A stretch of DNA of 63,797 nucleotides, filler included, from Cercozoa sp. M6MM (Eukaryota > Protista > Endomyxa: Ascetosporea), in NCBI GenBank assembly GCA_040357565.1. It is 9 parts of 9 records of this genome, joined end to end, with 100 filler letters (N's around TTAATTAATTAA, not from the genome) between each part and the next. Parts side by side here need not be neighbours in the genome. Positions count along the whole stretch, not along the records: positions 16,762 to 35,270 come from JBDODJ010000233.1; positions 35,371 to 37,758 come from JBDODJ010001780.1; positions 37,859 to 56,277 come from JBDODJ010000235.1; 6 more parts are not named here. One strand, 5' to 3'. The translations under genes were made by a program, and so were the position numbers. Of the stretch, positions 27,246 to 43,297 are shown piece by piece (the first letter of the stretch is position 1; every line of letters starts with the position of its first letter). The notes beneath the pieces are model-generated. The model made no database searches. It was not told the origin of the DNA and saw nothing but the letters and a program-made list of their open reading frames with translations.

Positions 27246-27943
27246 AATATTAACTCACTCTCTTCACTTACGAATTTACCGTAACTCTATCTGCATCTCG
27301 AAACGGAACACTCACATAGTCCCGTTTAATCTCTGAGTTGACTCATGTCTCCTGGTAAATTTACCTCTGCCGTTTTTTGCCCTCCACCTTTGTCTGGGTG
27401 CCACTTCGTGCTGATAATAAAACGGTTTGTGAGACTTTGGCAAAGCCCTAATAGCTACGCATACGAAGAGGACTACACTTTAACAGACAAGGCGCGTTCA
27501 TCGTGCACGCTTCGACATCGTCTATACTCTGTATTTGTCTTAGAAGCGTCGATTGTGTCTGTTGCATTAGATGCGGTTTTTGGTGTTGAGCCAAATTCTA
27601 TGGCATCGCCAATGTCCGATTTCTTAGTGTTTGAGTGGGCGCCAACTTCTGTTGTTGAAACAAAGCGTTAGAAGTGAATGAAGCAGATGTTATGAGGCGA
27701 AGCGCAAAAGGCCGGCAGTTCCACTTGAATGACCGCAGTTCCGTGGTACGAGAAACGACAGCGTTGCGCTCGAAACGCGCGAGTTTATTAAAAAACGAAC
27801 GAAACTGCAAGAAACGCAGGCGGTGTACTCTTTCAATGTCTGACGCACCATCGCATTTTATTCATTGAAACCAACCGTGATACAGTTGCTCCTGGGAGAA
27901 TTCGTCGTAAAGATAGCAAGTTGGACCAAAGATCCAAGCCAAG

Positions 27944-29193
27944 ATGAAATTCGCTGCCTTTGCTCTGACCGTCTATATCTCCTTCTGACGCGTGTGCGCT
28001 TGTACCTTAGTGTTGTAGTCCTACGCTCCACACCACAGCGCGTCGATTCCGTCCGACCCTGTGTTGGCTAAGTCCTTCAAGCCGTCTAGGACGGTAGAAC
28101 AACTCGATGCAGCAATGGAAGTGCTCACCAAGAAGGTCGCACTGCTCGAGCACGTCGACTCGGCACCCTCGGTTGGTGCAGGCTGCGCCTCGCAGTGCCA
28201 GTCGGCCTTAGCTGCCGACTCCGTGCACTTGTGTCCCAAGGTAAACTTACAGCGGAAAGTCTACTTGTTCCAATTGATCTTGAGCACAACATTTTGATTG
28301 CGAGTGCAGTGGTGCACGGGCATCTCCTCGAAGCCATCGCTCGGTCTTTCAGTATTTGAGGGTCCCAACGACGACGGGAATCTCGGAAATGGTGCAGCTT
28401 GCATCTTTAGCAGAATCTTCGAGAAGATCGGCGACAACATTGGCACCATCTCGGCCGAACACAGCGCACTCCTTGGGTTCCGCATGCCCATTGTCAAGAA
28501 GGCTACCAAAGTGCGTGCCTCGTTGCGCATCGGCGTCGACGGTGTCGTTGACTCGACCGACAAGGCACACTTGCGCATTGCCAGCGTGGACGAGAAGAGC
28601 CTCACACCGCTGTTCCGCGACCTGTCACTGACTGCCGCACCTTTCACCGTCGCCTGTCACGAAACCGGTCATGTGGTCGGTGAGGTGCTGAGCAAGGGAC
28701 TCAACTTCCGTGTGAGTGACTTGGTGACAACCGACACCAACGGTGCCTTGCTGGACCTCGACATGTCAGCACAAGTGCAGCACCTCGTGGACGGCAAGCA
28801 ATGGCAGTTTAATAACATGCTGCTCGTGCTGATCACTATGGAGGACGGCAACGGCGACCCTCCTGCTTCTGGGGGTGACGGTCCCTTTCTGTCGGTGCTG
28901 CCGTCGGAGATTGTGATCAAGTTCATGCGACCTGCTGCTCCCAAGAACTCGTACAGCCAGGGTTACGGACCGGGCTATGAACAGCCTGCCTACGGGTAAC
29001 TTTTTCCATTGAGTTCCCTCAAGCAATTAAAGATAACGACCCGACCGTATATGTGTGTGTGTGCTGTCGCAGATACGACAACTACAGTCCGAGTCAAGGC
29101 CACGGCTACAACACATACAGCTACGGTCAAAACTACTACGACAGCAGCGCCGCCTCGTACTACGATGACGGCCACTACGGTTACCTGGGCTAG
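27944..29193 (+). CDS. Copy C of the same secreted family (shorter leader and tail)
   Basis: MKFAAFALT leader, the same Cys motif and core domain (HSALLGFRMPIVKKATKVRASLRIGVDG...DMSAQVQHLVDGKQWQFNNMLL), and a Tyr-rich tail ending at TAG 29191-29193. Confidence 0.72.
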
Positions 29194-29499
29194 CGGCGAT
29201 AGCTACGGTGCCTATGACGCTACTAATTACGTTATACAAGATTGAATTCACACCGGTCACAACAGTAAACTTACGACAGCATGTCCTACTATTAAATTTA
29301 TGGTAGCACAGCCTACGCTACGTACTAGGCATCAGGCCGGGCAAGCAGCGCAGATAGCGGTGAATTAACTTACATTCGCTCAGTTACGGTAAGTGACATA
29401 AAACGCCGACTTCTCACGCCGTACGACGGATACATTAACGGAAAAGATATGCGCCGGTGCAGTGCCCATGCGATGGTACTCACCAAAAGAGCACACGGT

Positions 29500-30173
29500 C
29501 TAGAGCAGCGCGAACGCGAGCAGTGACGTTGCAAGCACACCGACCACCGACTGCGGTAAGAATAACAAATGACACATGTCAGAAAACCAAAAGGTACCTG
29601 GGAGAGAGCGCCGTTGGCGTACTGCACCGAAAACTCAATCGCGTGCTCGTTGGTGTTACACACGATACAGTCAGGCCAGTAGGTCGACGCCTCCAAAATC
29701 TTTGTGTGCCTGTATGAGATTGTGCATAATTACATCGTTGTCGATTGACGAAAGAATGGATTGGACAGTACGGGTGCGAGAACGAACTCGAGGCCGAGAC
29801 CTGCTTCTTGTCTTTGCCACTGCCCTTCTACGCAACAAGAACAAGAAGTGAACTTAACGACGTTTCGCAAGGACAGAATAAAAGACAACAGAGAGAAACC
29901 AACCGAATTGGCAGCGCCTGCGATAGAGATTGAGAAGTAATCCTCCGACTCGAACTTGGTGTAGACCTGCGACTCGAGTGCGCGGCGCGAGTGCTTGCCG
30001 TCGATGCTCTCCTACCCAACACAGTTAAATTTACCCTCTCCCGCATTAAATTGCAGTGGCCAAAATACGGTAATGTAGACAGGGCGACACCTGCCCGGAT
30101 CAAGTGAGAACACGGCTTGCTTCACGTCGTCTTTTGGATCTTCCTAAAAAGAAGGGGGTCTCGCGCGCGCGCG

Positions 30174-30230
<57 letters not shown>

Positions 30231-30470
30231 ACCAAAGCATACTCGCGACGGTCAAAGATGGGATTCGGGCCCTTGGCCACCACAATACCAACCTACAAAG
30301 CAGACACAAAGAAAGGAGTCAGGGTCAGGTATAACAGGTGGCGGTTTTGTCGAAAGAAACAAGTACGAGCAAGAACAGGAAAAGTAGCATTCGTCCTATC
30401 AACGATTCTGTGGCGCTTGACACTCACGCAGATTACTGAGAGCGCGAAGAACACCACAGCAGGTGAAAAC
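29500..30470 (-). CDS. Putative GPI-anchored surface protein (start uncertain)
   Basis: A series of short GT-AG exons. The last two give ..VQYANGALSQ|SVVGVLATSLLAFALL*, a GPI-signal-like hydrophobic C-terminus. Confidence 0.45.
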
Positions 30471-30929
30471 TAGTTCTCGTTGGTATGAAAAGGATCATGA
30501 TCGTTTAACCTGCTCTCGCTCCGCTGATGATTCCAAGTTGAGAGGAATGTGTGTTAAGAATCTGACAACAACCTCGAATTAGGGCAACCTCCAATGCTCC
30601 AACAAAACATTGAATTAAGCATGAAACATCATTAGGCCTTTCGAGTTGTTCGCTGTGGCAGGTCACCATTTGCGCTGGTCGGGTCGTCAACCGGTTCAAA
30701 CGTGCGATCCATACTGCTCGGGTGGTCTGACCAGGTGACACTCTGCACATCACCGAAGTGTACGGGAGTGTTCTGAGTAGTGTACAGTGTGTGAGTGCAG
30801 AACAGCGCGTGCACACAGGCACGGCACGATAGACACCAACCAGGGTGCGTGATTATTTGCTGATCTGACCCGCAAGGGTATTATTTTGCCAAATGGGCGC
30901 ACATGTGTGTCTTTCGCAGGGCCGCGCCA

Positions 30930-35170
<4,241 letters not shown>

Positions 35171-35462
35171 CCGTTCTTTCTCACTTTCGCCCTTTTACCC
35201 CCTTACCTTTTTACCCCCCTTACCTTTTTACCCCCCTTACCTTTTTACCCCCCTTACCTTTTTACCCCCCNNNNNNNNNNNNNNNNNNNNNNNNNNNNNN
35301 NNNNNNNNNNNNNNTTAATTAATTAANNNNNNNNNNNNNNNNNNNNNNNNNNNNNNNNNNNNNNNNNNNNGGTAAACAGGGGGGTAGGATGGGGGGTAAA
35401 CAGGGGGTAAGATGGGGGGTAAACAGGGGGGTAAGATGGGGGGTAAAAGGGTGGGAGCGTAC

Positions 35463-37707
35463 GACGTGATGCGCATCGGCGACAGAGCGCGAGCGATCGC
35501 GTCCGCCGGGATGGCGCCGCGGCGTCGTCGGCAGCGACCGTGCGCCTCCGCGCGGAAGGTACCGGTGCCGCACCTGCGCGCGCTGCTGCTGTTGTTGTTT
35601 CTCCTGTTGTTGTTTCTCCTGTTGTTGTCGGTACAGACGGTTCGCATTGCTGACGGTTATCCTCACCTGCGACAGGTGCTCCTCGTTCTGCTGGGGGGGG
35701 GGGGGGGGNNNNNNNNNNNNNNNNNNNNNNNNNNNNNNNNNNNNNNNNNNNNNNNNNNNNNNNNNNNNNNNNNNNNNNNNNNNNNNNNNNNNNNNNNNNN
35801 NNNNNNNNCCCCTATTTACCCCCTCCCCCCGAGGCGAGCCTACCGTGACGCAGGGTCGCTGCGTCCGCGCGGATCCGACTCGGCGCGCGTGCGTCGTTTC
35901 TTCTACAGTCCAACGAGTTCATTGAGTTGAAGACGCAAAGCTTTCGCTTCGAAACGGAAAGTTTTTTTCGAAATTGAAAAAAGCTTCGCTTTAAACTTTT
36001 TCTCGACTTTTCAGCTTTGTTTCATATGGATAATTTCAAACTTTGTTTTAAAATGCAAAGCTATTTTTTGAAATTTCAAAGCTGTGATTTCGAAATTTCA
36101 AAGCTGTGATTTCGAAATTTAAAGCTTTGTTTCGAAAGTGTCATCAAAGCTTTGCCTTGTGTGTACCTTGGGCGTGCGTGCGAAAGCAGCGGACGGCGCC
36201 GAAAGCGTGTCGTTGCTGCAGCTGTTGCTGCAGTCGGTCATGTCGACACCACTCGTCGAAAGCTCTGTTTGTAAGTTGAGTTGAGTTGAGTTGAGTTGAG
36301 TTGAGATTGGTACCACCAGGCGAAGCAGACGAAGCGAGCGAAGCAGACGAAGCAAAAGAAGAATTCGAAACAGAGTCGCGTTGTGCATCGTTTCCCGTCG
36401 AGTCAGACTCGGCGTTTCGCAAAGCTTCGTTTCGCGCGGTTTCATTTTGCGTCGCTTCATTTCGCGTAGCTTCATTTCGAGTCGCTTCATTTCGCGTAGC
36501 TTCACTTCGAGTCGCTTCATTTCGCGAAGTTTGCGACGCTTCGTTTCGCGAAGCTTTGGGGAGCGACCAGGAGGAGCGCATCAAGGCGGTGCTGGGCGAC
36601 TTCTTGGCGGCAGCACTGGCTTGCTTCGGTAGCTTCGGAGGCTTTGGCGACATTTGCTTCGGTAGCTTTGGCGACATTTGCTTCGGAAGCTTTGGCGAAA
36701 TTTGCTTCGGAAGCTTTGGCGACATTTGCTTCGGGAGCTTTGGCGACGGTGAGACGGGAGTTGAGACAGGTGCCGAGACAGGTGCTGAGACAGGTGCCGC
36801 AGTTCTGCGACGCTGCTTGCGATGGCGTCGCGACGGCGTGGGCGACCACATGCGCGCCTCGAGTGCCGCAGCATCCACGAGTGCCGGCTTGGCGGCTTCG
36901 GCGCCTTCCGGCAGAGTCGGAGTGCTTGTGCTCGGTCTCGACGTCGCCACCGGTTCAAGCAGTGGCGCATCTTGGCTTTCCTCGCTCCAGCTCTCGCTTT
37001 CGTCCGACTCGACTGCTGCTTCGTGCGCTTCGTCGCGATTGCGCTCTACTTCGCTCGAGTTTCGCTCTGCCTCGATCGAGTTTTGCTTTGCTTCGTCGGA
37101 ATTTCGCTTTACTTCGTCGGAATTTCGCTTTGCTTCGTCGGAATTTCGCTTTGCTTCGTCGGAATTTCGCTTTGCTTCGTTGGAATTTCGCTTCACTTCA
37201 CTCGAGTTTCGCTTTGCTTCGCTCGAGTTTCGCTTTGCTTCGGCGGGATTTCGCGTTGCTTCGGCAGAATTTCGCGAGTTTCGCTCAGCTTCGCGGCGAT
37301 TTCGCTCAGCCTGGCTCGAGTTTCGCTTGGTTTCGTCGGGATTTCGAGTGGCTTCGGAGTGGCGCAAAGCTTTGCAGACAGAGGCAGCGAGAGACGGAGA
37401 AAGCGAGGGAGAGGAAGGTTCTGCGAACTGTCGGAAGCGACGGAGACACTGCGCGTGGAGTCGCTGCTTGCGTCGTCGGAGGTACTCCTTGTCGGCCTGC
37501 TTGAGGGCATGGCAGTGCTCATCGACGAGGCGCTTGGCTTCGCTGGGTTGGCACATGGGCACTGCTCTCTGGGGACAGGGAGGGGGGGGGGTAAGGGGTA
37601 GTAAAGGGGGTAGGGGTGGTAGGGTACCGACAGGCCAGGCAACAGGACACACCACGGCGCTTTTTCGTCGCTGCTTCGCTGCGTTTTCGCACTCAACTTG
37701 GATACCT
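35463..37707 (-). CDS. Internal exons of an unknown low-complexity repeat protein
   Basis: Coding tandem repeats (EAKRNSD)n, (SPKLPKQM)n and (EATRN)n. GT-AG introns link exons down to KKRRTRAESDPRG and QQQEKQQQEK. Spans the whole contig. Confidence 0.55.
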
Positions 37708-37858
37708 GGGAGGGGGCAAATAGGGGGGTAAACAGGGGGGTAAATAGGGGGGTAAACANNNNNNNNNNNNNNNNNNNNNNNNNNNNNNNNNNNNNNNNNN
37801 NNTTAATTAATTAANNNNNNNNNNNNNNNNNNNNNNNNNNNNNNNNNNNNNNNNNNNN

Positions 37859-37917
<59 letters not shown>

Positions 37918-37923
37918 AAGTAC

Positions 37924-38704
37924 CAGGCAACGTGGACGAACATCTCGCCACGGCACGTACTCGGAACACAGACTGCGGTTCGTAGACAACATCGAGACGT
38001 TGCTCCAGCGAGGGACCGGCCTGTTTTAACAAACCAGTGACAACAGCAACGTGCTCTTTTTGACTCAAAATACGTCATCTTCGTCGAGGTAAACGCCGCG
38101 TTTCTCAGCGTCTTCCACCGCCTTCTTCTTCAGCTGCACGGACCATCAGCACACACGCCAAGAAACATTCACTTGAGTCAACGGGGTCAAATGAAGCTTA
38201 CAACATCGATCGCAAGTCGCACCGACGTCGCGATTTCGCCTTCTTCCTGCGGAATAAAGTGAGGCATTAAACGCCCCACAGGGCAAATGGTAGGCCACTT
38301 ACCAGGTAGAAACGCAGAGGCGCCTCCATGTCGAACGAGTCATCCTCCGGCTTGGACCGCAGTTCCTCTTTTTTCAAAGTGCGCACCAGGGTCACCAACT
38401 GCGCACAGTCACATCCGCGCGGACATTAACAAACACAAATCCTGTCACACATGCATATCAATACCTGCTCAGGCTTGACATCGATGGGCACTGACACGGC
38501 GTCACCGAGCGGCGTTCCGTCGCGCGAGCGCAGCTGAATCACCACCGAGGTCACCTGGCCGCGCTGACGTTTCTCGCCAACCGCGACAGCCTCCTGCTCA
38601 TGGTCAGAAGCAATCTCCTCGAACTCTTCCTCGCTCTCAGGGCGAACACTCGTTTTCGTGTTATTTTGCGTCTTTCGACGCTTCTGTGCCGGTTCCGCAC
38701 TCAT
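37924..38704 (-). CDS. NLE1: Notchless/Rsa4 ribosome assembly factor, N-terminal NLE domain (3' partial)
   Basis: VVIQLRSRDGTPLGDAVSVPIDVKPEQ|L, then SLEQRLDVVYEPQSVFRVRAVARCSSTLPG, the NLE1 signature before the first WD40. Confidence 0.92.
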
Positions 38705-38869
38705 TGTAGTACGAGTCTCACCAAGTGCACACACGCCGGGAGTAAAAGCGTTGATTAGTATTGGCTACAACCCCAAAGCCACACTGCCCAAAAGATAAAA
38801 ACAATCGCGTAGAGCCCGCGAACGCTGCTGTGACACTGCTGACGCGTATTACTACCCACAGCGTATCGA

Positions 38870-39680
38870 ATGGCACCCAAGCCCGGCCAGGCGCGCAAGC
38901 GTAGACGAAAGCGCTCTTCGAAACAGAAGAACGATGTGGTGACTGAAACGAAGATTGCCGAGAACACTGTTGTTGAGACGCCGCAGGAGCCGCCGAAGAA
39001 GCGATCGCGCGGCAAGAAGTCCCGTGACGTGTCTGAGGCTGTTGAGACCCCGCAGGTGGCCGATACGACGGACAAGAGCACGGACAGCGCTGACGGTGAG
39101 GTCGTCCAGGATCAGAGGTAGCCTTTCGCGCGGTAGTGTTTTTGTGTACAGTTGAGTGTTTTTATCAACGCAGCGCCGATGCCGAAGTCGTTCAGGGCGA
39201 CGGCTCGTCCATGCCTGCGTCTGTGGTGTGTTTCTTTGCTGTCCAATGTGAGTGTGCTTTCACATGTGCGTGTGCAACGCAGGAGCTGCAGGAGCAGGAC
39301 TACCTGTTCTCGTCGCTCGGTTTGCACGAGGATACGACCACTGCTGTTGAGCGCATGGGTTTTGAAAAGGTGTGTTTCACGTACGCGCGTATGTGTATGT
39401 TTGTGCTACCCGCTTTGTTCTCAGATGACGTCGATCCAGGCGCGTGCAGTGCCGCCTGCTCTGGCGGGTCGTGACATCCTCGGTAGGCCGTACTTGTTGC
39501 TGTTCTGTGTCCGCTGTATATGTATGCAATAGGTGCTGCCAAGACTGGCAGCGGTAAGACGATGGCCTTCTTGCTGCCCATCGTTGAACTCAGTACCTCA
39601 ACCTCTGTGTCTGTGTCTGTGTCTGTGTCTGTGTCTGTGTGTGTGTGTGTGTGTGTATATCTGATCGAGACATGAGACGC

Positions 39681-39714
<34 letters not shown>

Positions 39715-42050
39715 TGCGGCGTGGCAAGTTCAAGACGCGCAACGGCACTGGCGCGATCATCATCGTCCCAACGCGCGAACTTGCTATCCAGGTGTGTTTG
39801 CTACTGTGCTTGGTTGAATCGATGTTTACGTGTGTATGCTTAAACAGGTGTACGGCGTGCTCCAGGAGTTGCTGACCAACAAGGATGGCACTGGCCATAC
39901 GCACACGCACGGTGTCATCATGGGTGGAGCTAATCGGTACGCACTTTAGCCGCTTACGTCTAGCCCTGCTGCATACTGCCTGGCTATTAATGTCGTGCCG
40001 CAGTCGTACGGAGGCGCAGCGACTGATGCGTGGTGTGAGCGTGCTCGTGGCTACCCCAGGTCGTTTGTTCGACCATCTCGAGAACACTGACGGCGTAATA
40101 GATTCATCTGCTTGCCTGTAGCACATATGTCGGTGTACGCTGGTATCGTGTAGTGGAACACTCGGTCGCTGTCGGTGTTGGCAATCGACGAAGCTGATCG
40201 CATTCTCGAAAACGGGTTCGAGGTTGCCTGGCCTGTTAACTTGAGGTTTGTTGTGTGTACACACGTGTTTTGTGATGCACAGGACGAGATGAAGAAGATC
40301 GTGAAGCTGCTGCCGCGCGACCGACAGACGTATGTCATGTTGTTCCTTTTGGTATTGAGTTAAAGGTGCGTATGTTCTGTAGCCTGCTCTTTTCGGCCAC
40401 GCAGACCAAGAAGGCGAGCGACCTGGCGCGTCTGGCCTTCCGCGAGAAGCCGGTGTGCTCTGTCCTTCTGTCTGTTTACAAAGCTGATGTGTTCTGTGTC
40501 TTTCCCTTAGGTCTACATTGGCGTCGATGACAATGCGCAAGCTGCCACGCGTCTCGGTCTCAGTCAGGTATCACGTAACCCTCCTTCTCCTTGAACCTGA
40601 TTCTTCCACTTGACTTTAGGGTTACGTGGTGTGTCCGTCCGAGCTGCGTTTCCGCCTGCTATTCTCCTTCCTGAAGCGACAGCGCAAGAAGAAAGTCATC
40701 GTGTTCATGTCGACTTGCGCGGCTGTGACCTACTTTGCGCAGTTGCTGAATTTTGTCGATCTACCCGTGCTGTCGCTGCATGGCAAGCTGGTACCCGCCC
40801 CCCCCCCCCCCCCCGTGTGCATTGAAGCCATATTACCTCCTTTATTCCCGTGTTGCAGAAGCAAAAGCGCCGCACGGCCACTTTCTTCGAGTTCTGCAAT
40901 GCCGAGCACGGCACGCTCATCACGACCGATGTTGTGTGTTTCATCTGTGTTGCCTACCTTTGTATTTTGGTACCCACCATTCGCTGACTAGGCTGCTCGT
41001 GGTCTTGACATTCCGCGCGTGGACTGGATTATCCAGTTCGACCCGCCTGAGGACCCGCGCGACTACATCCATCGCGTCGGTCGTACTGCTCGTGGACAGG
41101 GCGATGTACTACCTGACTTTTGCTGACTGTAGGGAGTGCACTGGCCATACGTGTATGTTACAGGTGTCTGGCAAGGCTCTGCTGTTCTTGCGTCCCTCCG
41201 AGCTGGCGTTCTTGAAGTACCTCAAGCAAGGTATCAACATTAAACCACGGTTGCACTTGATTTCTCTGGTATACGTATGTACAGCCAAGGTGCCGTTGAA
41301 CGAGTTCGAGTTCCCGTCCAGCAAGATTGCCAACGTGCAGGTATACTGCCTTGCGAGTGATAGGGGGTGACTAAATTAAAAGTGTGTTTGTCGACAGTCG
41401 CAACTTGAGCGTCTGGTGTCGTCGAATTTCTATCTGCAGAAGGCTGCCAAGGAGGTATTTTTACTGATGCTCCGTACTCTCTTTGGTGTCTTTGAATGTA
41501 TCCGCGTGCTTCCGTAGGCATACAGATCGTACATGCAGTCGTACTCGCAGCAGAACAAGTACAGAAGACTATTTGCGTAGCCCCTTTACATTTCTGGGTG
41601 TGCGTCTGGTGTTCTTAGGAAGGACATCTTCGACATCATGCAACTCAAACCGGTCGAGGTGGCTAAGAGGTAACCTCTCCCTGGCTCTCGCGTTTGCTAT
41701 ATGCATGTATGCTTCAGTTTCGGTTTCAATGTGCCGCCCAAGGTGCACCTCAACATTCGTTTGCGTGGCCGTAAGCGCTCCGATGTACTTTGCCTTCTCT
41801 TTCCTTCTCCGTCCACACTTGTCTTTACCGTTACATTCATATGTAGGGCCAAAGCCACGGCAAACTTGGGTTCAGCGAGAAGAATCCTTACGGCCGTACC
41901 ACTGCCTTCTTTTCTCATCAATTTTCCTGTGTGTACGGCGTGTTTGCAGGATTCGCTGCTCCGGCTGACTCGGTCAACGAGAACAACGTGATCCAGCGCG
42001 GCGATCAGGCGTGTTTGCCTGGCTCGGATCAGCGACAATTCGCGCGCTAA
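38870..42050 (+). CDS. DDX18: DEAD-box RNA helicase DDX18/Has1
   Basis: [99 protein letters not shown], and C-terminal DQRQFAR*. Confidence 0.96.
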
Positions 42051-42088
42051 ACTGACGCTGTGTGACTTTCATTTCAATGATATTAACT

Positions 42089-42245
42089 TTGCTTGAACTC
42101 TTAGTTAGTTAGTTGAGTCTTCTAGGAAACCAACTATGTAGTTCCCCTGCACCAGTCTGGGGTGGGTCACAAGAGCATGGCCGTGTCTACCGCCCGCTTA
42201 GGGTAGGACTATACAACTCCCCTTTTGATTGCTTGAACTCTTAGT
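42089..42245. mobile_element. Short (123 bp) SINE-like insertion with 17-bp target-site duplication
   Basis: TTGCTTGAACTCTTAGT occurs at 42089-42105 and 42229-42245, flanking 42106-42228. A (TTAG)n tract sits at the left end. A second diverged copy is at 49998-50102. Confidence 0.65.
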
Positions 42246-43297
42246 GGTTGTTTGTACAATCAGGAGATCAATTCTCCCCATGTAACTACAAGGAAAAGAA
42301 CCTAAACACGATACCGCAGTCCTCTCAGATGTAGGGATCAGGCCTTGTTAAATTGAGGGTACTTTGCCACGCCAGTTGATTAAAAAAACCAAGGAACGCA
42401 AGAAAGTCTGTTCTTGGATGGCGAGTGGCCAAGTGTCAATTTGAAGAGTGAGTTACCCCAACAATTCAGTTGGGCGGCAAAGCACTGGTAGACGGGAAAC
42501 ACCCGTCATGTTTTTAAGTTTACTGTAGGAAGGACAGTCAGTAAAAGGGTTCTTGAGACGGAAAGGCGTCGTCAGAACAGAGTAGTGAGGGTTCAGAAGT
42601 TTTTGAGTTGGCGTGAAGTAAGGAAGAAGAAAGAAGAAGGCCTCTGGCTGGAAAGGCAGAGGACGGGTAGAAGCGGACAACTGGTCCTGGAGAGATCAGA
42701 TTACCTGGTCGAGAGAGCCCTTCTTTGAGTTCAGCTGCAAAAGCTTGCTCAAGGCTTCCCTACTCAAACACAGGTGTTCCACAGTCTGGAATGGAGCTCT
42801 CAGTAGGTCAGGACACCAGCGAACACAGGTCAAAAACTTCCACACCTCTCTTGAGGTTTTTTTGAAGTCTTAAAATGGCTTCCGCGCGGTACTGTCAGAT
42901 CATGCTGTAACAAACATGTCTGTAGTCCACCCCCTTAAATGTCTGAAATCCCAATGGCCCGAAACCTAAAAAATGCTCGGCCCGCTCGCGTGAAAAAGCA
43001 AGAAGTCTATGTCGATTCCGTTTGTTTCTTTAGTCTTTTTCGTAGCATAAGTACTCGAGCTTTTCTACACGGGTATGTCTTCTAAATCCTCCCCTTCGAC
43101 ACAGGAAGATGGTACGGACACCACGTTCGAGTCGTTTCCAAAATAAACCGACCGAACATCTCCGTTCGGAGTCGCCCGCTGCCCATCACAAACGGTTTCT
43201 TGTCCCGAAAACTGCGATCTACAGGCGATCCACAGCACCCAGAGGACCTTTAACGCTCCAAAAACTTTGCTTGAAGTTGGTTTAGGCTTCTAGTGAG

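Noticed and set aside
36301-37731. 476-aa antisense ORF over the repeat gene
   Set aside because: It stays open because the repeat units lack stops. Splice signals support the minus strand only.
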